Shown here piece after piece: positions 34,930 through 45,006 of a stretch of 64,000 bases of DNA. This DNA comes from Pseudomonadota bacterium (GTDB taxonomy: Bacteria; Pseudomonadota; Alphaproteobacteria; GCA-2731375): positions 7,657-71,656 of the forward strand of contig JAQBYC010000002.1 of the NCBI GenBank assembly GCA_027623205.1. Reading direction: 5' to 3'. The position numbers were made by a program, and so were the translations under genes. Position 1 is the stretch's first letter, and each line of letters starts with the position of its first letter. The notes beneath the pieces were generated by a model. The model saw nothing but the letters and a program-made list of their open reading frames with translations, was not told the origin of the DNA and made no database searches.

Positions 34930-35868
34930 ATGTCCACGCCGACCCTGCCAGCGACGTTCGCGGAAGCGTTCACTGTTCCCTCGACTGGCGCGGTGGAAAT
35001 TTGCGTCTATCGATTGCACGCAGCGCCCGGAGATGGCCCGGCCTTGATCTGGGCTCACGCCAACGGTTTCAACGCCGGCTGCTACCAGCCATTGCTGAAC
35101 CGGCTAAGTTGCCATTTTCAGGTTTTTGCCTTTGATGCCCGCGGTCATGGCGCCTCTGCCAAGCCGAGGGACAACATGGAGCACGACTATGCCCTGCTCC
35201 GATTTGCCGAAGACCTGGGCGCCATCGTGGCCCGGGTGCGGCAAATGATCGGCACGGCGACACCCCTGCATTTCGCTTCCCATTCCCTGGGCGGTCTGGC
35301 GGCCGTGCTATTGGAGGCGGAATTGGCCGAGGCGCCGTTTGACAGCCTGACCCTGTTCGAGCCGCCAATCTATCCACCGAGCGGTCACGCGGAACGGGCC
35401 GCCGCCTTGGCGCACGCACCGGCCTTTGTTCGCTGGGCCGCCGGACGGCGCAACAATTTTCCCGATCGCGGTGCCCTGCGCGCCGAGGTGGCGCGCATCA
35501 TTACCTATCGCCGTTTCGCCAACGACATGATGGCGGCCTATTTGGCGGCGGCGGTGGAACCCGCGCCAGACGGCGGCTTGGCCCTGCGCTGTCCCGGTGT
35601 CATCGAATCCGCTATTTATGCCAATTGTCCCGATAGCGGGATATTCGAGCGGACCGCCAAAGTGGCGACACGCACCCGCATCTATGCCACCGATCAGACG
35701 GTATTGCCCGACTTGCATTCCTGGGCGCCGGGGACCATGACTGCCATCGCCGCCAACATGCAAACGGCCGAGGCGCGCACCATGCCGGGCTGTTTGCATT
35801 TAATGGTCCAGGAAGACCCCGGCGCCTGCGCCGCCGCCGTCATCGAACACGCGTTGAGGCATACTTGA
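34930..35868 (+). CDS. Alpha/beta-fold hydrolase
   Basis: HSLGG nucleophile elbow. An HGxS-like oxyanion region. 312 aa. Confidence 0.65.
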   Translation: MSTPTLPATFAEAFTVPSTGAVEICVYRLHAAPGDGPALIWAHANGFNAGCYQPLLNRLSCHFQVFAFDARGHGASAKPRDNMEHDYALLRFAEDLGAIVARVRQMIGTATPLHFASHSLGGLAAVLLEAELAEAPFDSLTLFEPPIYPPSGHAERAAALAHAPAFVRWAAGRRNNFPDRGALRAEVARIITYRRFANDMMAAYLAAAVEPAPDGGLALRCPGVIESAIYANCPDSGIFERTAKVATRTRIYATDQTVLPDLHSWAPGTMTAIAANMQTAEARTMPGCLHLMVQEDPGACAAAVIEHALRHT

Positions 35869-35961
35869 TCCACATGTGCTCAAACCCCGCAAGAAAGAGA
35901 GCCTGAACCAATGACTTAAAGTCGTGTTGCGACTCCACCACCTAATTGGAAATCGCGCTAC
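35862..35961 (-). repeat. Intergenic repeat family copy G, full length but diverged, - orientation
   Basis: acttgatccacatgtgctcaaacccc...gcctgaaccaatgacttaaagtcgtgttgcgactccaccacctaattggaaatcgcgctac is the reverse-complement match to copies D and E. Its 3' end overlaps the TGA stop of the alpha/beta hydrolase gene. Confidence 0.55.
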
Positions 35962-35982
35962 GCTGATCCATCGGCAGCGGCT

Positions 35983-38466
35983 TTAAAACCGATCAAGCAA
36001 CCGTTCAATATAGTCCCGCTCCAGTCGGGCGCGGGCCCGTTCACCGGCCCGGCGGCGCAGTTCGTCAAGAATGCGCCGCGCCCGTTGCAGCTCGGCTTCA
36101 TTGGGTATCATGACCCTGCTGGTGTCCATGCCGCCGCCCTGGAAGGGGCGGCCCGCCGGGTCTTCCTGGCGCTGACCGTATTGCCCCTGGTTATCCTGTT
36201 CCGGGTTGCCCATCATTTGTTCCGCCAGTTCCCGAAAACCCTCCGCCAGACCGTCGATTGCACTGCGTTGCGAGGACAGAGCCTCGCCGCCGCGGCCGGC
36301 ACGCAAGGCCCGCTGCGAATCGCGCATGGCCTGATCGACACCACCCATCGAATTGGGGATTTCACCCATGTTTTCACCCAACTGGCGCATGACATCGCCC
36401 AATTGTTGCCGCAGGGTACCCTGACGGCCCGCCAGACTGCCCATGGCACCGCGCTTGCCCCCATCCATCTGGCCGTCACGCCCATCCTGGCTGTCGCCTT
36501 TACCCTTGGGGTCGCCTTGGCCGTCACGTTTTTCCCAGGGCATGCGCCGCCGCCGCGGTGTCTGCTGATAGGTGCGATCCATCAGATCCTGTTGTTTCTG
36601 CAACAAATCGCCCAGTTGCCGCATGGCTTTTTCGCCGGGACTGTCACCTTGCGGTTGGGCGGTCATGCGCCGGCCGTCCAGGCTTTCCAGCATTTCCTGC
36701 AAATTGCGCAGCATTTCGCGAGCCGCGTCCTTGGCACCCAGGCGGCTCAATTCCCGAATCCGGTCCATCATTCTTTGCAGTTCCGCGGCTTCAACGGATC
36801 GGGCGTTCGGGTCTATGGGTTGCTGTACTTGCGCCTGGCTATTGCGCTGGGCCTGCTCCGCCAGGGCTTGCAAATATTTATCCATTGCCTTTTGCAACTG
36901 GTCCATCAGGCGTTCGATTTCGTCCTGATCGGCACCTTCCGCCAAGGCGGCCATCAAGGCATCCTGTGCCGCCCGCAATTCGCGCTCAGCCAGGGACATG
37001 CCACCATCTTCGATCCGCAAGGCGACCTGCCACAACATTTCCAACACCGCCGCGGTCGGTTCGCCATGGCTGAGTTGCAGCCGCCGGGCCGCCGTCCACA
37101 AGGCAAGATAGACGACCTGATCGTTGTCATAGGATTCCGGGCCCGTGGCAATGGCGAACAGGGCCAGGGCGACCTGATAATGCCGATCCGGTTGCCGGCT
37201 CAGAATTCGGCGCTGCTCGATAATCGCTTGGGCCACCGGATGCTGGAATTGCCGTTCCGGCAGACGCAGGGTGATTACTTCGGAGCGGCCAACCTGGCCT
37301 GCTTCATCCTTGGCCAGATAGTACATTTCAACTTCCAACCCAGCCCAGGCATGCGGGGTCAAGTCAAAATAACCGCTTTCCCGCGCCTGTCGGGCGCCGG
37401 GCGGTGAAATGGGCAGTTCCAGACGCAGGATTTGGACAGCTGTCTTGGTGGTTTCGGCGCTTTTGGCGGCCTCGGGCGAGTTCACCGGGACGGCCAGGCG
37501 CAGTTCAGCCCAGACCTCGGCCAGACCATAGTCATCCACCGCTTCATAGGACAGGCGCAGGGCCTGACGCACGGTTTCCTTGGGATCCTCATCGGCCTTG
37601 ATCATCGGCGGCTGATCGGTGATGACGGTCAGGGGCCAGTCCGCCAGAGATTCTTCCGCCGAAACCACGCTCAGGCGCTGCCCGGCGTCGATGGTTTGGC
37701 TCACTTCATAATTCAATGTGTCGATTTTCAGAAACGGCGTTACCACGCTATCGACCGACAACCGAGGCACCCCGCGGCCGCCAAAGACGCGGGCCATCAG
37801 GATGCTGCCCTGCGCGACTTGTACCGCTTCGGCGCTGGCCGGATCCAACTTCATGGGTGGCAGACCGGTATAATCAGGGGGATTGATCCAGGCCTCGAGC
37901 TCCGCGTCCACAGCCACGCCGGCGCCAAATTCCGGGCTCAGCGCTTGCCGCAAGCGTTCCGGCGCTTCGGCGCCGCCGACAAACAAACCCACCGCCAACA
38001 GCAGGAAGACCATGGCCCGCATAGCCCAGGGGTCGCCCCGTGGCAGGCCCGGCCGCGGCAGTCCGAGGCGAAGGCTATGTAGCTGCCCTTGGGCCCGCCG
38101 CCGGTGCGCCCGCCACAAGGCCGCCGCCCTGCCATCATGGCTATTGACCAGTTGGTCCTGCAAGGTACCCAGGGGCCGATGCGCCAAACCACTGTCCCGT
38201 TCCAGGCGCCGGATTACGGCGCCGCCACGCTGTCCCTGCCACTTACTGCCACCAAGCCAGACAGACCCGATTAAAAGCAGCGCGAACAGCGCCAGCAGAA
38301 TGATATGCAGCCAGGCCGGCAATAGTGCTGGCAGTTCCAGCAACGCCACGGCCGTAAACAGGCCCAGCACGCACAGCACCGGCAACAAGGCCGGCCACAA
38401 TCTCTCCCAAAATAGCACCAGCCGCGCCAGGGCGTGCAAAAGTGCCGTGCGATTCAGGCTTCCCAT
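35983..38466 (-). CDS. Large conserved membrane protein (TIGR02302/DUF4175-like): N-terminal TM segments plus a long charged low-complexity C-terminal region
   Basis: 827 aa. About 4 N-terminal hydrophobic helices. The C-terminal third is Q/R/E/D-rich with coiled-coil-like stretches and ends ELQRARRILDELRRRAGERARARLERDYIERLLDRF. Lies next to lysA, as this family does in alphaproteobacteria. Confidence 0.6.
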   Translation of the reverse strand: MGSLNRTALLHALARLVLFWERLWPALLPVLCVLGLFTAVALLELPALLPAWLHIILLALFALLLIGSVWLGGSKWQGQRGGAVIRRLERDSGLAHRPLGTLQDQLVNSHDGRAAALWRAHRRRAQGQLHSLRLGLPRPGLPRGDPWAMRAMVFLLLAVGLFVGGAEAPERLRQALSPEFGAGVAVDAELEAWINPPDYTGLPPMKLDPASAEAVQVAQGSILMARVFGGRGVPRLSVDSVVTPFLKIDTLNYEVSQTIDAGQRLSVVSAEESLADWPLTVITDQPPMIKADEDPKETVRQALRLSYEAVDDYGLAEVWAELRLAVPVNSPEAAKSAETTKTAVQILRLELPISPPGARQARESGYFDLTPHAWAGLEVEMYYLAKDEAGQVGRSEVITLRLPERQFQHPVAQAIIEQRRILSRQPDRHYQVALALFAIATGPESYDNDQVVYLALWTAARRLQLSHGEPTAAVLEMLWQVALRIEDGGMSLAERELRAAQDALMAALAEGADQDEIERLMDQLQKAMDKYLQALAEQAQRNSQAQVQQPIDPNARSVEAAELQRMMDRIRELSRLGAKDAAREMLRNLQEMLESLDGRRMTAQPQGDSPGEKAMRQLGDLLQKQQDLMDRTYQQTPRRRRMPWEKRDGQGDPKGKGDSQDGRDGQMDGGKRGAMGSLAGRQGTLRQQLGDVMRQLGENMGEIPNSMGGVDQAMRDSQRALRAGRGGEALSSQRSAIDGLAEGFRELAEQMMGNPEQDNQGQYGQRQEDPAGRPFQGGGMDTSRVMIPNEAELQRARRILDELRRRAGERARARLERDYIERLLDRF

Positions 38467-38470
38467 GATG

Positions 38471-39742
38471 TTAATCCATTGCCGGCAAAAGCCAGGGCGC
38501 CGACCGGTCCAGGGCCAGCAGTTCGTCGATACTTTGACGCGGCCGGATTACCGCGAACTGATCGCCGCGCACCAGCACCTCGGGCACCAGGGCACGGCTG
38601 TTGTAAGTCGATGCCATCACCGCACCATACGCCCCCGCGCTGCGTACGGCGATCAAATCATCGGGAGCAAGGGGCGGCATGGGCCGGGCCGTGGCCAGAG
38701 TATCACCGGTTTCGCAAATTGGCCCCACCACATCCGCATCACTGACCGGCGCGCCGGCGCCTGCTTCGACAACGGGGACAATGTCGTGCCAGCTGTCGTA
38801 CATGGCGGGCCGGATCAAATCATTCATCGCCGCATCGATGATGATAAAACGCCGGCCCTCGTGTTTCTCATGGATCACCCGGGCAACCAGAATGCCGGCA
38901 TTGCCCACCAGGACCCGGCCTGGTTCCAGAACCAGGTCCAGCTGCCGGTTAGCGGTCAGGCGCTTCACCATGCTGCCATATTCCGCTGGGGTCGGCGGTG
39001 TTTCATTGCCATAGGGGATGCCGAGGCCGCCACCCAGATTGCAGCGGCGGATATCATGGCCCGCCGCGCGCAATTCATCGACCAACCGCAGGGCCCGGTC
39101 GAAGGCTTCCTCGAACGGCGCCAGGTCGGTAATCTGCGAACCGATGTGAATGGCGACGCCCAACAGGTCCAGGCCGGGCAGGGTAGCGCCCAAACCGAAG
39201 ATCGCCATTGCGCGGTCAATGGGGATGCCGAATTTATTCTGCCTGCGGCCGGTGGTGATTTTTTCATGGGTGCCGGCATCGACATCCGGGTTGACCCGAA
39301 TAGATACCGGCGCCACCTTGCCCATAGCCGCCGCCGCGGCGCTTAACAGCCGCAATTCCGGCTCGCTCTCCACGTTGAATTGGTAGATGTCGGCGGCTAG
39401 CGCCTGGACCAGTTCTGCCCGGGTCTTGCCAGGCCCGGCGAAGACGATGCTGTCGGGAGAGGCGCCGGCGGCCAGGGCGCGCCGCAATTCGCCGCCCGAA
39501 ATGACATCGGCGCCCGCCCCCAGTTCGACCATGGTGCGAATTACCGACTGATTCGAATTGGCTTTCACCGCATAACAGATTTTTGCCTTCGCGCCCTCCA
39601 ACGAGGCGGCAAGAACCTGATAGTGCCGGGTCATCGTGGCCGTTGAATAGCAATAGAATGGCGTACCGACGGCAGCGGCAATCGCCGGAATGGCGACGCC
39701 TTCGGCATGCAAAATACCGTCACGATACAGAAAATGATCCAT
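38471..39742 (-). CDS. lysA: Diaminopimelate decarboxylase
   Basis: Fold-III PLP enzyme. YAVKAN PLP-Lys motif. GGGLGIPY. The CETGD substrate motif. 423 aa. Confidence 0.9.
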   Translation of the reverse strand: MDHFLYRDGILHAEGVAIPAIAAAVGTPFYCYSTATMTRHYQVLAASLEGAKAKICYAVKANSNQSVIRTMVELGAGADVISGGELRRALAAGASPDSIVFAGPGKTRAELVQALAADIYQFNVESEPELRLLSAAAAAMGKVAPVSIRVNPDVDAGTHEKITTGRRQNKFGIPIDRAMAIFGLGATLPGLDLLGVAIHIGSQITDLAPFEEAFDRALRLVDELRAAGHDIRRCNLGGGLGIPYGNETPPTPAEYGSMVKRLTANRQLDLVLEPGRVLVGNAGILVARVIHEKHEGRRFIIIDAAMNDLIRPAMYDSWHDIVPVVEAGAGAPVSDADVVGPICETGDTLATARPMPPLAPDDLIAVRSAGAYGAVMASTYNSRALVPEVLVRGDQFAVIRPRQSIDELLALDRSAPWLLPAMD

Positions 39743-39748
39743 ACGTGT

Positions 39749-39880
39749 TTACTGCCCTTTCTTACTATTCTTGAACTCTGTCTTCTTGCCGGCGCCGTCG
39801 ACGGACCGAGTCGGCGGGCCCTTTCTGCCGCAGGCCGTGGCGGCGGCAAGCAGCGCCGTACCCAGGATCAGGCGCAGCAT
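39749..39880 (-). CDS. lptM: Small lipoprotein, LptM (YifL)-like, 43 aa (below the ORF-track cutoff)
   Basis: Manual translation of the minus strand gives MLRLILGTALLAAATACGRKGPPTRSVDGAGKKTEFKNSKKGQ*. That is a signal peptide plus lipobox ATAC, then the CGRKGP motif typical of LptM. The start is 14 bp after the argH stop and the stop is 6 bp before the lysA start. Confidence 0.55.
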   Translation of the reverse strand: MLRLILGTALLAAATACGRKGPPTRSVDGAGKKTEFKNSKKGQ

Positions 39881-39894
39881 GGCCCGGCGCGGCG

Positions 39895-41319
39895 TCATAA
39901 CCCGCCCCTGGCAGTGGCGGCGGCGGCCCGCACCTGGGCCGGCGCGGTGCCACCCTGGCTGGTCCGCGAGGCCACGGAATTATGCACGCCCAGCACCTCG
40001 AACACCGCCTCGGTGATGCCATTCTCGACCGCCCGCATATCCGCCAGGGACAAGCCGTCCAGATCGACGCCCTGTGCCTCGGCCAGCTTCACCAGGCTGC
40101 CCGTGACGTGGTGGGCTTGGCGGAAGGGTAATCCCAGTTCCCGGACCAGCCAGTCAGCCAGGTCGGTGGCGGTGGCGAAGCCCTGGCCGGCGGCGACCTC
40201 CATTACCTCTTTTTTGACCACCATATCGCCCAGCATGCCGGTCATGGCGGGGACGGTCAGGGCCAGGGTGTCGGCCACCTCGAAAACCGGTTCCTTGTCT
40301 TCCTGCATATCCTTGGAATAGGTCATGGGCAGGCCCTTCATTACCACCAGCAAGGACGTCAGATCGCCGATCACCCGACCGGCCTTGGCCCGCACCAATT
40401 CGGCGGCATCCGGGTTGCGTTTCTGCGGCATGATCGAAGAACCAGTGGTAAAACCGTCGCCCAGGGAGATAAAATTGAACTGGGCCGAGGCCCAATTGAC
40501 CAATTCCTCCGCCAGCCGCGAGAGATGCACCGACAGGATCGCCGCCGCCGCGAGATATTCCATGGCAAAGTCCCGCGCCGACACCGCGTCCATAGAGTTT
40601 GCCATGGGCCGCTCAAAGCCCAAGGCCGCCGCCGTCGCCACCCGGTCGATGGGAAACGAGGTGCCGGCCAGGGCGGCGGCGCCCAGGGGGCTTTCATTCA
40701 AACGCCGCCGGCAGTCGGCAAACCGGCCACGATCGCGGCTCAACATTTCCACATAGGCCATCAAATGGTGGCCAAAAGTGACCGGCTGGGCGGCCTGCAA
40801 ATGGGTGAACCCGGGCATGACGGTGTCTGCATGCTCTTCCGCGCGGTCCAACAGTGCCACTTGCAACCGCTTCAGGGCCGGGTCCAGGGCGTCAATCTCG
40901 TCCCGCAGCCACAGACGAAAGTCCGTTGCGACCTGATCGTTGCGTGACCGGGCCGTGTGCAGACGGCCCGCCGCTTCGCCAATCAATTCGCTCAACCGCA
41001 CCTCCACATGCATGTGGATATCTTCGCGCACCGGATCATAGGTGAAGGTCCCGGCGGCGATTTCGCCTTCGATCTGCTCAAGCCCCTGCAAAATCGCGTG
41101 ACCATCATCAGCAGTCAGGATACCTTGGGCCACCAACATGCTACAATGGGCTCGGCTGCCGGCGATGTCCTGGCGGTAAAAGCGCCGATCGAAATAAATC
41201 GACGCGTTGATCCGCTGCATAATGTCAGAGGCGCCGCCGGCAAATCGTCCACCCCACAGAATGTTGGCCGCCGATTGATTGCCGTCTACCGACTTGTCGT
41301 CCGGCTTTTCGTCGGTCAT
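39895..41319 (-). CDS. argH: Argininosuccinate lyase
   Basis: 474 aa. Fumarate-lyase signature [12 protein letters not shown] and the WGGRF N-terminus. Confidence 0.9.
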   Translation of the reverse strand: MTDEKPDDKSVDGNQSAANILWGGRFAGGASDIMQRINASIYFDRRFYRQDIAGSRAHCSMLVAQGILTADDGHAILQGLEQIEGEIAAGTFTYDPVREDIHMHVEVRLSELIGEAAGRLHTARSRNDQVATDFRLWLRDEIDALDPALKRLQVALLDRAEEHADTVMPGFTHLQAAQPVTFGHHLMAYVEMLSRDRGRFADCRRRLNESPLGAAALAGTSFPIDRVATAAALGFERPMANSMDAVSARDFAMEYLAAAAILSVHLSRLAEELVNWASAQFNFISLGDGFTTGSSIMPQKRNPDAAELVRAKAGRVIGDLTSLLVVMKGLPMTYSKDMQEDKEPVFEVADTLALTVPAMTGMLGDMVVKKEVMEVAAGQGFATATDLADWLVRELGLPFRQAHHVTGSLVKLAEAQGVDLDGLSLADMRAVENGITEAVFEVLGVHNSVASRTSQGGTAPAQVRAAAATARGGL

Positions 41320-41346
41320 TTAGAAACTCCCGCTTTTGAGGAGGCC

Positions 41347-41985
41347 ATGGCCCAGTTACGTTTCTGCCCCAAAGTCCCTTTGATAGCCCTATTTATCGCC
41401 ACCATGAGCATTTTCGTGCTGCTGGCAATGGCGCAAATAGGGCACGCCGGCAACTTGTCCCAACGGGCCGTCGGGACAATGACAAACTTTACCCCTTTGC
41501 CCAAACCGCTGCCAGTGCCGCATATAACCTTCCGTGACGGCAATGGCCAAACACGCGGCCTGACCGATTTTGCCGGTAAGGTTATTCTGGTCAATTTTTG
41601 GGCCACCTGGTGCGGCCCCTGTCGCCGCGAAATGTCGGATCTGGATAGGTTGCAAGCGCGCCTTGGCGGTCCGGAATTTGTCGTCGTGGCGCTTTCCTCC
41701 GACCGCGAGGGCCTGGAGGTGGTGCAGAAGTTCTTTCGGGAGAATAGTATTCAACATCTGGGCGCCTTCGTCGATAAGACCACCAAGGCACAGCGGGCTT
41801 TTGGCGTCTATGGCCTGCCGACTTCGGTACTGATTGATGCCAAGGGACGGGAAGTCGGCCGTCTGGTCGGGCCGGCGGCGTGGGACAGCGTCGATGCCCG
41901 CGCCCTGATCAACGAGGTCATCGCCAACAGCGGATCCGGGGGCGGCGCTACCAAAATTGGCGCGTCCACTAAATTGGCGCCGTAA
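41347..41985 (+). CDS. tlpA: Thiol:disulfide interchange protein TlpA-like (periplasmic thioredoxin)
   Basis: N-terminal TM anchor, then the WATWCGPCRREM active site. Divergent from argH. ATG at 41347; an alternative is 41404. Confidence 0.7.
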   Translation: MAQLRFCPKVPLIALFIATMSIFVLLAMAQIGHAGNLSQRAVGTMTNFTPLPKPLPVPHITFRDGNGQTRGLTDFAGKVILVNFWATWCGPCRREMSDLDRLQARLGGPEFVVVALSSDREGLEVVQKFFRENSIQHLGAFVDKTTKAQRAFGVYGLPTSVLIDAKGREVGRLVGPAAWDSVDARALINEVIANSGSGGGATKIGASTKLAP

Positions 41986-41987
41986 TT

Positions 41988-42092
41988 CTAGCGCAATCTT
42001 CAATTAAATTGAGTCGCGAACACGGCTCAAGTAATCCGTTCAATTGCTCTATTCTGAAAATTCCGAGCGCATTTGGATCAAATTTCTTCTTA
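41988..42092 (+). repeat. Intergenic repeat family copy D, full length, + orientation
   Basis: ctagcgcaatcttcaattaaattgagtcgcgaacacggctcaagtaatccgttcaattgctctattctgaaaattccgagcgcatttggatcaaatttcttcttag. Starts 2 bp after the tlpA stop codon. Flanked by CTAG...TTAG. Confidence 0.7.
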
Positions 42093-42106
42093 GTGGAGTG
42101 GCCGTG

Positions 42107-43048
42107 ATGATAATTAGGCAGGCGGACAAGGATTTCTTTTCCGAACATGGCTTTATTCATGTAGGTCCGGTGCTGACGAAGGAAAAGCTGCGCGCGGTGC
42201 AGGCCGAGACCGACGCCATTGTGCAGGCCGCCAGCGGCGTTGAAGAGCATAATCAGGTCTATGACCTGGAGGCCTCGCATACGCCAGAAACGCCGCGGGT
42301 CCGGCGCATCAAGACACCGCATCTGTTTTTTCCCGTGTTCGAAGATCTGGTCCGTGATCCTGACATAACGGATCCCGTGGCCGCCCTGATCGGTGAAAAT
42401 ATTCGCCTGTATGGTGGCAAGATAAACATCAAGGCGGCCGGGTATGGCGCGCCGGTTGAATGGCATCAGGACTGGGCATTTTACCCGCATACCAATGACG
42501 ACGTATTGACCGTTTGTCTCCTGTTGGACGACATGGATGCGGATAATGGCGCCCTATGCGTCATGCCTGGATCGCATAAGGGACCGATATTCGATCATCA
42601 CAATAATGGCGCTTTTTGCGGCGCTCTGGACCTGGATGCCAGCGGGCTCGAATTCGAACAGGCCATGCCCATGAGCGGCAAGGCCGGGGATATGTTGATA
42701 TTTCATTCCCGGGCGGTACATGGCTCCCCCGCCAACCGTTCAAACCGCCAGCGGCGCCTATCGATCTGGGAGATGACCGCCGCCGATGCCTGGCCCCTGG
42801 CCGGGTTAAGGGACGGCTATGACGAGTTCCAAAGGTGGGTGATACGGGGGCAGGGCAGCCTGGTGCCGCGCCTGCAAGATGTACCTGTGCGCATGCCCTA
42901 TCCCACGGCGGTCCATGCCGGTTCTATCTACGAAAACCAACGCGCCATGGGTCGGCAGTATTTCGAACATCTGAACACCGCAGCCGGCGATGAGACGATT
43001 CTCGACATTGACGTGGTCCGTTGCGACCACGACGGCGCGCCGGCATGA
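42107..43048 (+). CDS. Phytanoyl-CoA dioxygenase (PhyH) family Fe(II)/2-oxoglutarate oxygenase
   Basis: HQDWAF...D facial triad and a later H (FHSRAVHGS). Starts at internal ATG (MIIRQ). 313 aa. Confidence 0.7.
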   Translation: MIIRQADKDFFSEHGFIHVGPVLTKEKLRAVQAETDAIVQAASGVEEHNQVYDLEASHTPETPRVRRIKTPHLFFPVFEDLVRDPDITDPVAALIGENIRLYGGKINIKAAGYGAPVEWHQDWAFYPHTNDDVLTVCLLLDDMDADNGALCVMPGSHKGPIFDHHNNGAFCGALDLDASGLEFEQAMPMSGKAGDMLIFHSRAVHGSPANRSNRQRRLSIWEMTAADAWPLAGLRDGYDEFQRWVIRGQGSLVPRLQDVPVRMPYPTAVHAGSIYENQRAMGRQYFEHLNTAAGDETILDIDVVRCDHDGAPA

Positions 43049-43098
43049 ACAAAAAAATCCAATGCGGCCTCGATCGATAGCCAAACGGGATCAGGAGA

Positions 43099-43653
43099 TC
43101 AATCTTGTGAAGCTGCGCCGGGTAGGCTCGCACCAATATTGACGAAGCTATGTTGCGCGGCGGATGCCAAACACTGCGAATTGTTGATGGCCCGTGGCGA
43201 GCTTGCGGTATCGAGCATGCCACAGACGTTCATATTTTGCATGGGGCGCCCGTCCTCATCCGGCCACAGGGGCAGGCTTAAATTTTCTACCGGACGAATA
43301 TTCCGGTTCTCGAACGTGACATTCCAGACCCAAAGGGCGCCACAAGGTTGATGCGCGGTTTGTACGGTGCGGACGCCGCGGGCTAGGCGGTGTGCGGGGT
43401 CCGTCAACTCCATCAAATTGCGGCCTGTCAACTCAACCCCCATGATCTCGCGGATCATGGTGCCGGCCAGTCGGAAAATAATCTCGGTTTCGGAAAACAC
43501 GTCAACCAGCGCAATCCAAGGCAAACTGCCGGTAATGTCGGCCAGGCGCACATTTGAACGGCGGGGCAATATCTTATCGCCTCGCCAACCGGCCCAGGCG
43601 GCCGCCAGGGTCTGACAATTCCCCGTGACCGGCGCCAATTCGCAAATATGCAT
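43099..43653 (-). CDS. Hypothetical protein, PAS-like fold (conserved alphaproteobacterial small protein)
   Basis: 184 aa, no TM. The pattern W..WRG...LP...LVDV...FRLAGT...GVELTGRN..EL..P resembles small single-PAS proteins. Assigned from memory only. Confidence 0.4.
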   Translation of the reverse strand: MHICELAPVTGNCQTLAAAWAGWRGDKILPRRSNVRLADITGSLPWIALVDVFSETEIIFRLAGTMIREIMGVELTGRNLMELTDPAHRLARGVRTVQTAHQPCGALWVWNVTFENRNIRPVENLSLPLWPDEDGRPMQNMNVCGMLDTASSPRAINNSQCLASAAQHSFVNIGASLPGAASQD

Positions 43654-43864
43654 AGGTTATATACATTGCAAAATAGGATCCTGATAAATGACAAAATGAA
43701 TTTAGCGCTCTACATTTCAAACTCAAACCCGTTACAGTATTGGAGTTTCTGCGCCTATGGCCGATACGTCGCAACAAGCGCAGTACGAACGTTGCCTCCC
43801 ACGGCTGTATCGTCAATTTGAAAAAGCGCGGTGAATTTTCCGCCAGGCAATTAGGGGACGAATT

Positions 43865-44317
43865 ATGTTGGCGAAGAGCTCCATATTGACAGCCTTGGCT
43901 TTGGCCCTGACTTTGTTTGCGGTCGCGCCCGCCGGGGCGGCCGCGGCAATTTACAGCAACTGGCTCGATCGGGCGATCGGCGGCTATGACCCGGTGGCCT
44001 ATTTCACCGACGGCAAGGCGGTGGAAGGCACAGGCGATTTCACGGCCACATGGATGGGTGCAAATTGGCGGTTCGCCACCGCCGCCAACCGGGACCTGTT
44101 TGTTGCCGCGCCGGAAAAATATGCACCGAAATATGGCGGCTACTGCGCCTATGCGGTAGCCCAGAATTCTACCGCCAAGATCGACCCCACGGCCTGGGCC
44201 ATCGTCGATGGAAAGCTGTATTTGAACTACTCGCACGATGTCCAAAAAACCTGGAGCGCCGACCGAGACGCCTATATCGCCGCCGCAGACAAAAACTGGC
44301 CCGACGTCCTGAAATAG
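43865..44317 (+). CDS. Secreted YHS-domain protein
   Basis: Signal peptide, then the GYDPVAYF YHS/TRASH-type motif and AYAVAQN. 150 aa. Confidence 0.6.
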   Translation: MLAKSSILTALALALTLFAVAPAGAAAAIYSNWLDRAIGGYDPVAYFTDGKAVEGTGDFTATWMGANWRFATAANRDLFVAAPEKYAPKYGGYCAYAVAQNSTAKIDPTAWAIVDGKLYLNYSHDVQKTWSADRDAYIAAADKNWPDVLK

Positions 44318-44745
44318 AGGAACATCAGGCTTACTCATGGCGCCAATGGGAGTTCGAGTTGCTCTGAAAGACCGCCTGGATCAAAGTCCCGAAGAGTTAT
44401 GCCAATGGTCCGCCTGACCGGTCCGAATGGCCGCCAGGGCGTGGCCGATCCGTGCCAGGGGCCGCAGGCCGTTCCGTACCTGCGGCACCACCGCCGCGAT
44501 CGATCCCACGCCCGGTATTGCCTCGCGCCGCCGCCACTAGACGGTCAAAGCGGGCGATATCAGCCTCGCTGCCGGCGCTATCACCAACAAGCGCATTAAC
44601 GCCGCCCCCCGCTTTGTAAAATCCGGCCTGATTGAGCATCGACCTGCAGATGTAGTATTTGATCGTCCGGCGCCAGCAGTTTCGGGCGTTAAATCCAGCG
44701 CCCCCGGTTGTTTCGGGCCAGATCCGCATCCAGCAGGTGCCCCGA

Positions 44746-45006
44746 TTAACGGCCTTTGGTCTGTTGCAGTATTTGTTGCAATGGCAGAATTTTGCCGGCG
44801 TTGACCGCATCGCGGGCCGGATCATGATCGCCGCGGCCACTTCCCTTGCGGCGCCCCTGTTGCACCAAGATCAGCCTCTCTCGATGGGCCCAGGACAGCG
44901 CCGTTTCCGACCCAGCCTTCGGCCATGCCCGATGACCCGCCCTTGCCATCACCGGCAAAACAGGGGCGGCGGCCAGGATCAGAAGGGAGACGAGGCGTTG
45001 ATGCAT
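44746..45006 (-). CDS. Small secreted PepSY-domain protein
   Basis: Signal peptide MHQRLVSLLILAAAPVLPVMA and a C-terminal ARDAVNAGKILPLQQILQQ PepSY-like motif. 86 aa. Confidence 0.45.
   Translation of the reverse strand: MHQRLVSLLILAAAPVLPVMARAGHRAWPKAGSETALSWAHRERLILVQQGRRKGSGRGDHDPARDAVNAGKILPLQQILQQTKGR

Noticed and set aside
36085-39346. 440-aa and 487-aa + strand ORFs antisense to the TIGR02302-like gene and lysA.
   Set aside because: Low-complexity translations. The minus-strand genes have clear motifs and synteny.
44397-44840. 147-aa minus-strand ORF overlapping the PepSY gene, plus a possible frameshifted longer PepSY protein.
   Set aside because: The translation is G/A/R-rich low complexity. 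Reading through the PepSY stop in any frame gives no PepSY-like continuation, so a single-domain PepSY protein is more parsimonious.
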